This document shows positions 39,397 through 52,302 of a stretch of DNA of 64,000 nt, in pieces. The notes beneath the pieces are model-generated. The model was not told where the DNA came from. It saw only the letters and a program-made list of their open reading frames with translations, and did not search any database. A program made the position numbers and the translations under genes. Source of the DNA: Psilocybe cubensis (lineage: Eukaryota). The DNA is taken from positions 1,550,001 through 1,614,000 of the forward strand of contig CM039004.1 in NCBI GenBank assembly GCA_017499595.2. Direction: 5' to 3'. The number at the start of each line of letters is the position of its first letter. The stretch's first letter is position 1.

Positions 39397-39874
39397 ACTT
39401 TCTCATCCCCATAATCACGGACACTGAATTACGCGAACATGACATTTATGCACGAGGCCGAATGATTCTTAGTAGTATAGTATATGTTTTCCGAAGTTTT
39501 CTGTTCTTTTATTCACGTTATCGTCGTCATCATCATTTTCGTTTATTTGTTTATTTGCTTTCGTTCATCCCTCGCTATCGCACCTCGCTATGTCAAGTAC
39601 TTTTTTCACTTTCATATGTTTGTCAATAAGTTGCATACTTTGCATACCGTTTCTTATCGTTTTTACGTGTTTCTATTTTTGTCTCAATTTGAAAGGCAGT
39701 TATATGCTGTCACAAACGCGTTATCTATGTTCACGTGAACAATAACTCTACGTGATTTCGCTTACCTCGGGACAAGTGCCCTGAGAATCAATTGTTGACT
39801 TGGAGTAGGTCGAAGGTGCCTCATAACACCGTTTGCACTTCATCATTCATTGAATCGCCTTCATTTGCGCCAAA

Positions 39875-42134
39875 ATGTCGACGCAAGCCATTACAGACTA
39901 TCTCACCAAGCAATTGTTTATTGAGCGGAATATCGTAATTGTCTTTTTTCACCGTTGCACTCCGTCAGACTATTGATGTATCGTGTTCATCGCCAGGTGA
40001 CATTCCGTGCATTGAGCAGACACCTTTCAATTCACGTCAATGCCGCTAAGAAGTGGGCGTCTTTTGCTCATACGTTAGCGCTCTCACTCACTTGCACGCA
40101 ATCAGTGAACTGGCAACGTATCATCACGAAGCTCCCTATCATTCGCAGTCCTGCGTAGCAACATTCCTAATTACTGGTACCCCTGCTACCAACACGCGAT
40201 ATAGAGGAACACAGAGCTCGGATGGGGACTATTATATGGGCGGAACCCAACCGACGAATGTTGATGATGATGATGTGGAAATTGACAGTGAGGAGGTGCC
40301 ACAGACGATTGTCATGATTGTGAACGAAAAGGACCTCGAAGGTGAGTTAACATACTGTGGATCGCGTTTCAAAAACTGAGAACTCTGCCCCCTGTAGATT
40401 CCAAATCCTTATTTGACGAAGTGCATTCTATTCACATATACAGTTTATCCCCTGCTCCAATACACGCAAGCTAATTTCCCGTGCTATTTCAAACGACCAT
40501 ATTAACGAAAGTCTGAAAATAGGACGCTGGGCTGCTTTGTCCATCTACAGCGGATGTACGCGTCACGGATAAATCCAAAGGCCCTGAATTCGCGGCGATT
40601 GTTGGACGAATTGTAGCCAAAGAAATCAAGGTGCGCTTTTCCAGTCATCCATCTCTCATCATGCATGATGTCTGAGTACATGCTCAGCCCGGCCCGTTCA
40701 AGAAAAGGATGCCACCTCCTGCACCAGTGGCGGGACCATCCAAGTCGAAACTGCCCGAGACGAAACCCGAGGTCAAACAGGATACGAAAGAAAAATCAAA
40801 CGAAAAGTCTAAAGCCTCAGGAGGAAAACTGAGCAACTTCTTCGGCGGGGCTGCAAAGGCTAAAGAAAATAAAGATGTTAAGAAGATCAAGCAGGAAGAG
40901 CCGGCGCCTGAACCGGCGAAGAGGATGTTCTTTTCAAAACCGGCTGCGCCCAAGGCTGCTGCTGCAGATGCAGCAAAGAAGGAGAAGGCTGATGCGCCTC
41001 CTCCTCCTCCTGCCGAGAAGCCTGATGCGCCACAGAAAACTAATATGCCCCAGAAGGCACCTTTGTCAAAAAGCAAGACATCCGTTTCTAATGTTCCCTC
41101 TCGTGCACCTAGTGTTGCCAGCACAAAAGAGGACAAGGAGCCGGAGAAGGTTACAGAGAAGTCCACTGTAAGTTCTCATCTCCAACCCCAGGTGTTTTGA
41201 TACTTATAATTCATCAGCGGGGTGTTAAAAGAAAGTCCTCGGTCGGATTCGAAAATCGGGACAAATCTGTCGAGAGACATGGCAATACCGAATCTTCGAA
41301 AACGGAAGGCAGCACACGCGTCAGACGAAAGGTTGTTCTTTCAGATGACGAAGATGATGTGCCGATGCCCAAGAAACCCACAGCTCGCAAGTCGAGGGGT
41401 AGTTATACAACGACCAGCGGGCATAATTCTGACGCTGAGCACGACGTCATGAGGCTCATGGACATGGATGACGGTCAGTGTGATTTTAATTGAATGACTC
41501 ATTGTTGCTCAACTTGCCTCGGACTCCTTAGATGAGGTTGAGAAAGTGTCGCGGGTGCCTTCGACAAATGCTAGCTCGAATGAACGGGATGACGCGGAGG
41601 AAGAAATGGACGAAGATGACAGTATGCGTGTTGACGATGAAGACGTTCCTATGTCCGATGCCCCGTCTACAAAGGCCAAAGTGGTCAAGAAAAGAAAACC
41701 GAAGGCTGTCGTCCCGGTTGGTCGTAATGGCCTGAAGAAAAGAAAGGTAACGAAGACAAGAAGAACGAAAGATGCGAATGGTTATATTGGTACGTTTTAT
41801 TTGCTGTTTTACTGTTATGATTTACTATACTGATGAGGATATAGTCAAAGAAGATTATTCGGACTGGGAATCCGTGGCTAGCGACGAAGCGCCAGAGGAA
41901 CCAGAGCCTCCGAAAGCGAAACCTAAAGCGAAGCCCAAGGCTGCTGCTGTCAGGAAAGAAGAAGTTGAGGTCAAAGCTGTCCCTGCTGCGAAGGAGGTGA
42001 AAGAGCCAGCAGCGAAGAAAGCGCCCATCAAAGTTGCCTCTGCACCCAAGGCCAAGGCAGCTCCAAAAACCGGGGGTGCTAAAACACAGCAACCTAGACT
42101 TATGAACTTCTTTGGACCTAAAAAGACCACATGA
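39875..42134 (+). CDS. POL32: DNA polymerase delta subunit 3 (Pol32/Cdc27/POLD3)
   Basis: N-terminal VTFRALSRHLSIHVNAAK and SIHIYSLSP; lysine/acidic-rich middle; KKRKVTKTRRTKDANGYI; C-terminal PCNA-binding PIP box QQPRLMNFF. Confidence 0.85.
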
Positions 42135-42346
42135 AAGTAAACTGCATTCCATCCTTTAACAGTGATACTTTTTATGCATTGATAATTGTGGGTTACTTAT
42201 GGTACAGTAGCAAGTATTTAATTTATCCGTCTATCATCTTCTTGTATTCGGCCTGGAATAGAGAATTATGTTACATACACATATATATAGCAAATTGGGA
42301 AGCAGGAAAGCGACACTACAGTAAAACAAGGTATCATAGGTTATAA

Positions 42347-43801
42347 TCACGGATATGACCTCCATGCGACCGGGAGCTTGATGTCTGTCTTGAGTATACG
42401 ACAGACATCGAGGTATCTTGGATCTGTGTCCTCGGTTAAATAGCCGTGTCGTATGAGAAAATCGACAATAGCCATAGCTGAGCTCGGTTTGAAGCGGCCT
42501 TCGACGAGGTTTTGCAAGACGTTTTGTACATCGAGAAGCTCGAATGCCTCCACCTCTCCGTCTAAAGCGTTGATTCGCGGTGTCAACGAACCATCTGGTG
42601 GGAGTTCCAAGTCGTATAGGTAGTACATTCCTGGGATGATCCAGCCTTTTGGCGAACGATTGGGGAAGGGGAGGCCACCGACAGATTGGATATGCTCTTT
42701 CACGTAGTCGTGATCAAGGAGAGCCTCCTCTACCGATTCATGCAAAATGGTATCCATGGCGGATTCCCCGAGTCCCATACCTCCCACTACCGTCACATCT
42801 AGCTTTCCAGGCCATCTAATCAATCAAACAGTTAGAATTTGATGTACAATGCAGGTAGTAAGAGCGGCGAAACGTGCTTACGTTCGTTTGTTGAGAGATC
42901 GACGAGGGATAAAGACTTGTATTCGTCCGGTAGAAGGGTCACGAACATAAGCTAGGTGCAAAACAGTCAGAGCAGGTTCGGCATATTAATCGCATATATA
43001 AACATACCTGTAAGGAGAACACCAAAGTTGACGAGGCCGAACAAGGGGAGAGCGGCACGCTCAATAGCAAAGGCTATGGGATCATGGTTCGTGCTGATTT
43101 GCTGAGGAGCGTGTGTGTAGACTGGATACGCTTCATCGCTCCACCCTATCCATGCTTTAGTCGCGGTGGCTCTGGGAATATTAATGAATAAATTCACCCT
43201 TGAGAATATCGGAAAAGACATCATGCTTCCTCCAGTCGTAAATGAGCCTCTCCATGTGCATAGTGCGCGTGTACTTGCCACCCTCGTTGACCCAGGGAGC
43301 AAACGCGACAGCCTTGAGCACCTTGGGCAGCTCCTTTGAGTAACGAAGGTCCCAGGGCGAAGCAGAGCCCGAGACGAGGTGCTTCTGGTGGTCCTCTTCT
43401 AACGCCGCTGCGACCTGGGGGCGGATGAAACCCACGGCCGGATAGTCGCGGTGATCGTGCGAGATGACAAAGGGGACGACGGTTTCTTGGTCGATTAGAT
43501 CGCCTTGCGCTGTCCGCGTCGCGACGGTGTGTGGTGTGTCCGAATGCCAAGGGTGGTTGGAGAGGATGAGGTTATTGCATGAATGGACGAGGGGTAGTAG
43601 GCTGTGGTGTTCGCGGGGAAGTTTAAGTGGCTTGACGGGATTGAGACCTGGAGGATATGAGTGGTATAGAGCTACATAGCTGGACGACTGAAGGTGATTT
43701 CTAGGGGCAGTTGAGCGGGACGATAGACGGTGAGCGCTCGTTCTGAAGAGAGAAGCAGCTGTGCGATGGTTAAAGGTGGGCTGAAAGCACCGCGACTGCA
43801 T
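42347..43801 (-). CDS. NUDIX hydrolase, thiamine-pyrophosphokinase-N-terminus-related (YJR142W-like), with probable mitochondrial presequence
   Basis: GWSDEAYPVY, IERAALPLFGLVNFGVLLT, FIPRRS, TWPGKLDVTVVGGMG...ILHESVEEA (Nudix box), YLYDLELP, DGEVEAFEL, FKP...DFLIRHG; R/S-rich, acid-free N-terminus. Confidence 0.85.
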
Positions 43802-44829
43802 TGAGAAAGCGCTCAGTGCTCTGAACTACACGGTAGAAGGAATGCAGTACAATAAGAGGAACGAGGGGAAGCCAATCACGTTGATGTCAGTCATCTCAGG
43901 TCTAGACCGCTGACCGTGAGGCATATTTAGGCGCCGTCAGGTGATATCCGCCCTGATAGCGTCATTTTGGCAGCAATTCCGACAACATTGGATCCACTGA
44001 GCTCAGGCGCCTTGTTCCATGTCCATGTCACTATGTTGCCAACTCTTGCATCAGCGCTAGCTTTCGATACAAAAAAAGATTGTCGATTATAGATGCGTTT
44101 CACAGGTTGTTAGTATCTTCTCAGAGCCAGAATTGTCTGACATAGACCAAACATAGACGATGTTTTATATCTATTCGTAGTGATGGTATTTGAGTTCAGT
44201 TACTACTGAGACCCATGTCGATTCACATCCCAATCATTTTAAAGGGGGAAAATTGATGGGAGGATGTCTTTCACAAGCAAAAAAAGCACAGCAAGTTAGG
44301 AAAGCAAGATCGCAACCCGCGTTTCCTGGACACGTTCGTAGATATCACGTGCTGGGAACGCAGGATCAATGATCTTTAGCTGCCAAGAAACACGTCTTCT
44401 GAATCGTGTAAAGGTAAAATGAGTCTAGCGGAGAATCACCAAGATCCGTTTATGGTTTATCTCCAACTCTAACAGCTAATATCCCAGGGTAACTTGTGCC
44501 AGCCACACGTACTCTATCACAGCCAGCCTACCACACCCGCTTATCTTTCCATATTCAGCTCCGCATCCGAGTCAGGGTGCTTAGGAAATCACACACACTC
44601 CTTCAAACGCACTTTGTGGGCCCGTGGCTGCTTTTGCTCCCACACCAGACCACAACTCCCTCGGTCGAAACTGTTTCCTCGTTCGTCTTCGAGAAAACCC
44701 CCCACTTTCATTACCCTACCCAATCCCCGTAAATTGCTCGGGATATTTGGCGGTCGTGCTACTGCTGCTTCCAACAAGAACAAGGAGTATTTTAATTCCA
44801 ACGAGGACGACCCAGACGAAGTATACGAA

Positions 44830-46843
44830 ATGGTACAATCCTATGGCACTGCGCCGAATAGCCATGCTCACGAAGAGCATGAACCCGTACATGGAGACGA
44901 GTCACGGGCGCTTCTTGGAGGCGAAAATGGTCGTGTGCGCACATTGAGCAAGGAAGAGGATGGTCATGCAACTCTTGTCAGTTGCATAAGTAATCTATCG
45001 AATACGATTATTGGAAGTGGTATGTCTCATTCGTATCTTCAAAAGCATTGCAGACGCTCATTGGTGGGCACTATCAATTAGGCATGCTTACATTCCCTCT
45101 GGTATTCCTGCTATCTTGCTATCTCTGCTCTGTACGAGCTTAGCTGACATTTCATGCCTGCTTTGTTCTGTGCGATAGGCAATGGCTTCAGCAGGGATGA
45201 TACCCGGCATGATAACCTGTGTGTTATCAGGCTCCGTAGCCGCGTTTGGCCTATACCTCCTCTCGCTATGCGCGACGAAGACGAAACACCGTCACGCGTC
45301 ATTCCACGCTATCTCGCAGCTAACCTTTCCCGGCGCTGCTGTCTTCTTTGATGCAGCTATCGCGACCAAGTGCTTTGGCGTGTCTATAAGGTGCGGTTTT
45401 GGACTTTGTTACTTCCTTTTTCAGGACACGCGTTGTCGAGGGCGCCTCGGTGCGCACTTGAGCCATTTGTACCTTTGGATTCAGGAAGCATATGTTAATG
45501 GGATTCTTCTTCTGTATCTAGCTATTTGATCATCATCAAAGGGCTCATGCCTAACGTGGTCGCTTCGCTCTATCATGATCTAACGTCCGAGACAACGAAC
45601 CCGCCGGAGTGGGCTCTCAATGGTGGCAACTGGATCACACTGTTCATGCTCATCCTCGTTCCGCTCTGTTTCCTGAGACACCTGAACAGTTTGCGTCACA
45701 CAAGCTACATTGCGCTGTTTTCCGTAGGTGGGTGGGACGTGCTGATAGGGGTTTTCATGTATGCTGACCCCATTCATTGATATACAGCCTATCTAGTGAT
45801 TATAGTGATCAAGTGCTATTTCTGGCCGCTCAAAGGCATGCCTGAGCCAGGGGAGATCAGGTTGATTCATTTTACCCCCAACTTTGTCTCGACATTCCCT
45901 GTGCAGGTGTTTGCATTTACATGCGCGCAGAATGCATGTTTTTTTTTCGCTATTTTCATTCATGGTATCTATGGTGCTAAAGCGGCTTGATTTAGTTGTT
46001 CCCCATATACAATGAATTGAAAAACAACTCGCAACGTCGCATGAACACTGTTATTGGGGGGTCGATTGGAGCAGCCACGCTAACATATGAAGTTATTGCT
46101 GTCTTTGGATATCTTACCTTCGGATCCAAGGCGAGTGTAGTGCGAAGAGGCCAGAGTTTCTCCGACTAACTGGTGTGACGGACCTGCAGGTTGGAGCGAA
46201 TATCATTGCCATGTATCCGTCGACATCGCTCTTTATCGCCATCGGCCAACTGGCAATTGTAGTCCTGGTGCTATTTTCGTACCCGCTACAGGTTCACCCG
46301 TGCCGGAATTGCCTGGACAAGGTGTTCCACCCTGGGCATGCGATCGCCCCTCCAAAGACTAACACTGCAGGGGATGGGGAGGACGACGAAGAGCAGGAGC
46401 CAGAGCTAGGAGGGGACGAGCACGGGCACGGACCTGCTGAGATGTCGACAGTCAAACACTTTGTGCTGACGTCTGTGATTATTGCATCCGGATTCACAGT
46501 GGCCTACCTGGTTGATGATTTGCAACTGGGTGAGTGGATTTGGTGGTTACCGTCTGACAGATGAATAACTGCAAGCAGTGCTGTCGTTTGTGGGTGCGAC
46601 TGGGTCGACGACGATTTCGTTCATTCTGCCTGGGCTGTTCTACTGGAAGGTAATAAATGAAAATTTTTTTCTGTGCGAGTTCAGCGCTGATGGATTGTGC
46701 AGCTGACACGAAACGACGGGAGCGTCAGCAGATGGATGAATCTGGGGGCATTTGGACTGATGGTGTATGGGCTGTGTGTGTTTGTGTTCTGCTTGACATT
46801 CAATGTATACCAGATAATGAATGGAAAGGGCCCAGCGGATTAG
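44830..46843 (+). CDS. Vacuolar amino acid transporter, AAAP family (Avt5/6/7-like)
   Basis: SNLSNTIIGSGMLTFPLA, DAAIATKCFGVSISYLIIIK, LRHTSY, FPVQVFAFTCAQN, FSYPLQVHPCR, VGATGSTTISFILPG; TAG 46841-46843. Confidence 0.9.
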
Positions 46844-46999
46844 ATAGATAAATAATATAAAATTGAGATTGTTTGTAAAGTTACCCACGGTGTTAAGTGG
46901 ATATTTTGGCATCGGTCATTCATTCAGCTTTTACCTGTTCGTCGATGATGGCCTGTTGCCCTTGAGCGTGCCACCCCAGCCCGCACTTGCATCCTTTGC

Positions 47000-49900
47000 A
47001 TGGCTCTCGGTACGTCCCGTGCTCTGTCTTACCGCCCCCTCTCACCTCTCCTCTCAGCCCCTGCTCTTTCTCACCCATCTCACCACCACAACCCACCTCC
47101 CCACCAACCCCAATCACAATCTCTGTCTCTCCCCGCCCCTCTTCCCAGCGACCACCTCCAAATATCACCCTCCTCACCACCACCATCGACGTCGCCCACG
47201 CTCCAGCATAGCTCTTTAATACAACATCGCACTTCCCCATCCCCGACAAGGTCCTTTATGGACGCCCCTACACAACTCGATCATCCAGTCCAATATCCCT
47301 CCATTTCCCCCCTCCCTCCTCCAAATATCGTCCCTATCCTCGATCCAGAATCTGCACCCGCCAGCGTGCCTACAACCCCAGATGTCGACCCACAGATCCT
47401 AGAGGCCCTTAGGAGCAAGGACAGGATCTACGTCCTCAAGCTGGGCGAGACCTTTGAGGCCCTCATTACAGAGCGCAGGTGCGTTTTTCCTTTCTATCAT
47501 CTGCCCACTGTCTGTGCCCCTTGTTGTGCTCAGTGCCCAGCAGCCCATCCATAGTGTACTTTGTTCACTTGCTCACCCTTTCCCATCCAACAGGACACGC
47601 GTTGAACTCTCCCCTGCAACCTCTTATCAGCGGTTGCTCGTCCATCGCTGCTCAGCATACTACAAGTTGGCCCCAGAAAGCGACCCTATCACCAAGGGCA
47701 TTTTTGTTGTGTCTACGGCGGACAGTAGAATGTATGTGCCCCCTCTTGTTGTCTCTTGCTTCCCCTTCTTACCTTCTTTTTTTCTCATCCATCGATCTCT
47801 CTATTCTAGTCCCGACCGTCGTATCAGCGAGTTGGTTCCCGCCGAGGCTACTACCCAACCCTCTTTCAAAATCATGCGTCGATCGGTCCAAGACCGTCGG
47901 TCAAAACCCCACTCCCAGGCCGGCTCCGTCGCCGGAGAGGATGTAGATCTTTCTGATGTAGAGCCTTCAGAATCAGGCAGTAACGCTACAAGCTCTAGCC
48001 ACCACAACAACAAAAAGCGTATGACCATAGAAGAGCGAGAAGCCGCATATAACGAAGCTAGATCCCGCATTTTTATGGATTTCGAAGAAAAGGAGAAGAA
48101 TAAGGACAAGGACATGAGCGCTAGCTCTTCGTCTCTCAGTCTTACCGGATCCGCTTCCACCAGCGCAGGCGGTAGAAGCAGTATTGGAGACACTGACGAT
48201 GCTGCCAGCTCTCCTGCGACAGAGAGTGAGTGGTCGGCTCCATCGGCATCTCACTCACGCGACAGGAAGGATGTGAGGCGTGGAGGCCCAGCAAATGGCT
48301 CCGCCTCTTCCAACCGCTCACTTCGCAATGGTGGCGGTGGTTCCTTCTACAACAATGGATCGGGCGGCAGTTCTCGCAACTCCCGTGCTCCCTCCCCATC
48401 TTTGCATTTCCCTTCCATACACGATACCTCTCCTGGCCACGTCTACGACCCCTCTCAGCCACATCATAACCCAAACATGGCTTATTATCCTGCCCAATAC
48501 TATCCGTACTCCCCTCCTGGCCAAGCTCCTGCTCCACCCTTCATGCCGCCCTACTATTACCCTCATCATTACAATCCATATCAGCCACCGCCCATCACAC
48601 AGCATAGTTCATCCGATCCCACAACACCCTCTGGCCCAGAGCCGTACTCTCCTCCACACCAAGTCAACTATGCGCCACACTACAACTGGGGACCCCACCC
48701 CAGCCAACAGCCTTTGCAGTCACCTCCTCCGTTGAACCTACCTCCACCGCAACCTCAGCAAAATCAAATCCACCCGATGGGCCCTCCTCCTCCGATGCAA
48801 CCCCAATCTCCTCAATATCAGCCCTTTGGACATCCATCGCATCCATTTACTTATCCTATCAATGGTTACTACCCACAGGCACATATGCCTCCTCCTCCTC
48901 CAGGCCAGCAGATGCCACCGCCACCGCCCCATATGAACGTGCCTCCCCAGCAACAACATCAGCATCAGAATCCTCCTCAACCTCAGCAACAGCCGGTATA
49001 TAATGATGTTCCTCGGGCTGTAAATGGAAATAGCCACATCGGTGCTGCACACGCTTCTGCGAATGGTCATTTTAATCCTCATAATGGTAATGGCCCGCGT
49101 AATGGACTAGGGAATGGCGTAATTGCACCTAATAGCCACAACAACAACAACAACAACAGAAGTAATGTGAGGAACGGTGTAGGTGGTGGTGCGCCTGGGC
49201 TCATGAATGTTAATAATGCGAATGGAAATGGAAATGGGGTGAATGGTGGTGGAAAGCATCGCGTGCAGATGCCGCCTGCTGGGCGTTCTGCGTGGAGCTA
49301 TGGACCGGGTGTGGGGAATGGCGGATATGTGCCTCATAACTCAAACAATGGAGAAGCTGTGGGACCACGGTTCCATGCTCACCGACAACCATCGGGCAAC
49401 AGCAGCTCAGGTGGGCGCTCATCCAACTGTGATGATGTCTCGTCAACTGTACGTTTTTTTTCTTCCATTCTTTTATTTCTATTGTTCATTTTATTATTAT
49501 TTTCATTAGTCGTCCTCTACTACATCGTCATCATCAAGACGTACATATACGTCGACTACCTCGTCACAACATCACCCTCTCCCAGCTCGCCCTGATTGGG
49601 CAGTGGGACTAAAGGCACAGCCTACACTAGCTGCTATGGGCGGTGGCCGCCACCAAGAACATTCGCTCAACAACTCGCGCAACATCTCACCTATATCACA
49701 GCCTCGATCCAATGGACACAACTCCCCTATGCCAAACGGCAACAACCAACAGCAAAATGGTGCTTCCTTGTCCTTGCAGGCTACGGATTTCCCTCCGTTG
49801 TCAGGTGCTGCGCCTGAGAAGAGGGCGCCTGTTGTTACTGGCGCCTGGGGTCAGTCAAGGCCTATCTTGACGCCCGCAGCTGCCAATGGAAATGCCAATG

Positions 49901-50394
49901 GGTCGGCGCCTATAGCTGCGACTGCGAATGTAAATGGAACTGCGAATCCTGGATCGGCGCAGCATAGCCCTGTTATTAAGCAGGAGGACGTTATCAAGGT
50001 CGGTTCTTTCTCTTTGTTTTCTGGTCCAGGTTGAACTAATGTCGTGTCTTTTTTACCTCTCTTTCCATTTGTTCCTTAGCCTGGCGAAATAATTAATCCA
50101 AAACTTGCTCGCCGACCCCCTGCCGTTGTTAATGGCCAGGGCCCGGCCCACCAGCGATCGCAAAGCGCAGGAAAGGAATTGACTTCTGCCAAAGGTGATT
50201 CGGTCGCGGCCTCGGCCTCAGCTCTTGTTGGACAGGTGGCTTCGATGTCGTTGGGAGGAGGGGAGGCTGGCGGCATCGATGTCTCCCCTTCAGCTCCTTC
50301 TGTGTTTGCCAATTCGAGCACAAATAACGCCAACACGGCGACAACGACGTCGGCATCAGCACCATCTGTTGTAGCACCAGCACCATCTGTGTAA
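47000..50394 (+). CDS. R3H and SUZ domain RNA-binding protein (Rbs1/R3HDM/encore-like) with P/Q/Y- and N/G-rich low-complexity regions
   Basis: DPQILEALRSKDRIYVLKL, SYQRLLVHRCSAYYKL (R3H), FKIMRR and MTIEEREAAYNEARSRIF (SUZ). Confidence 0.85.
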
Positions 50395-51475
50395 AAAAAT
50401 TGTTTTTAGTTAAGTCATGTCCTTTTAGATTTGTTGTAGACGACGATGTTATGAGGGATAAGGTTGTGATGAGGATGTTAACAACGGCGGCGGCGGCGAT
50501 CTTGGCGAGAGGCGTATGTCAGGTTCGAACCGCGATGAAGAAGTACAGATCTAGTCCTTTTTTTGTCCTTCCTCTTTCTTCTTTTCTGTCTTCACCTTTT
50601 TTTGCGTTTGTTCTTCCTTTCTTTTTTTCTTTCTTTCTTTTTCATCACCTTTGGTTTAATCTCCGTCCATGCCATTGAAAGAACGATTACTTATATATAT
50701 ATTTGTTTTTTTGTAATTGGTATGGGTACACTCTCCTCGCTCTCTCCGTCGTATTAGTATCCCGATATAAGTAGTAGCTGTGTCGTTAGCTTGCAGTTCT
50801 GTTTTCCGTGTTTCGTTCTTAACTTAAAAAAGAAGCTCTCTATTCTGAGCTAGCTCGGACCCGCCGGTTCTCTGCAGGAGATTGGGTCGTGTGGGCTCTT
50901 TATAGGCGGTACCGTGGTGTCACCCTGGATGTATGGGTGTGGGAGGATTCACTCTCTCTGCGCGTCGTCCGTCGTGGGTGGTACAATTATGATAACAAGT
51001 CTCTTTTGGATATGATCAATAAATTTCAAGTAAAAACACAACGTAAACCACTATGTTTTTTTGTTTGAATGAATGCTATTTATTTATTTATTATAACGTA
51101 TATATATATGGCGCACTTGCCTTTTGAGAGCTCGAAGCCCGAGGGAGCTGAAGGGAACACCTTAAAACTAAATTAGTACGCAAACGTCGTGTGTGCGCGT
51201 GTGTGAGCCCGCTAAGACTCATCCGTAACTCCGTCGCCACCCCGTCGCCCTCGAGTCGGGATTACGTCATTTCATCCGGGGGAGGCCATTATTGACGGAT
51301 CTGTCGGCCCGGCACGTGTCTTTGCCGGCAAGATCGGGCGGTGCCTGGCCCGTGGGCCCCGATCGTTTTGCTTGTTATTGTTGTTCAAAGGCTTTGGATA
51401 TATCGTGCCTTTGGCCGCCGGCACTGTTTGTGGGTCTTTCATACTTTCAGCACTACTGCTACCGCTAAAAACGCA

Positions 51476-52146
51476 ATGTCCAGACTACGACACCGGCCAG
51501 CTGTTGAAGAGGAAGATGCATCTGCGTTGAAGCTTGGAATTGGTGAGGTTCCTTCCGCGATTTCGCGTCCAACGTTATTTTCTCAACGCGAAGCCAAAAT
51601 GTCTGTTTTTGTGATATTAGAATTTAACCATGCTGGTTGCTTGCTCATCTCCGAGGTGAGGTACCTGTTGGAGAATCGCGAGCAAGAGCCTCCCGATACT
51701 GCGTACGTTGACCTGTGATCGAGATTATGTGGATTGACACTGATCCGGCTGTTCAAATGGGATAGCGTCTACAACAAGACTTTGGAATACGTCAAGACGT
51801 TTGCTAAATTCAACACTACGGACTCGGCCAGTGCTGTTCGAGAGTGCGTTTCTGTCCATTGAGGAGCTGGTAAGCGTGTGATACAGAAGGATTGACCTAT
51901 GCATTTGCTTGCAGGACACTCCGCCGAGAACCTAATCTTACTCAGTTTGAGACCGCTCAAATTGCCAACCTTTGTCCTGCGGATGCTGAAGAAGCAAAGA
52001 GCATCATACCCAGGTAAATTCAACGCGAATTCTATGGATTTCTGTTACTTATCCCTATTCTTTCTGAAAGTCTTGTCAAAATTGACGACGACCGTCTCCA
52101 AGCCCTCCTGGACGAAATCCAAACCATGAGAAAGTTCCAATCATAA
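51476..52146 (+). CDS. RPB4: RNA polymerase II subunit Rpb4
   Basis: EEEDASALKLG|EF...CLLISEV, VYNKTLEYVKTFAKF, LTQFETAQIANLCPADAEEAKSIIPSL, LQALLDEIQTMRKFQS*. Confidence 0.93.
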
Positions 52147-52302
52147 CACATACCCAGGCTTTGGAAAGCCCATACCATCGCTGCTATTTCAAGAACAAAT
52201 TTCGAGTCTTTTTTGTATATAACCAATACAATTGTGTATACTTACACTAATCTGTAAAATCAACAACACGTATACGTTTTTGTAAACCTTTGCCAGAGAT
52301 TT

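Noticed and set aside
39864-39874. E2F-like TTTGCGCCAAA immediately before the POL32 ATG
   Set aside because: It abuts the start codon within the 5' UTR, and Dikarya are thought to lack E2F.
40684-42152. Minus-strand ORFs antisense to POL32, and similar ones antisense to the R3H/SUZ, Pro-rich and ERG20 genes
   Set aside because: Antisense shadows of biased or GC-rich coding sequence.
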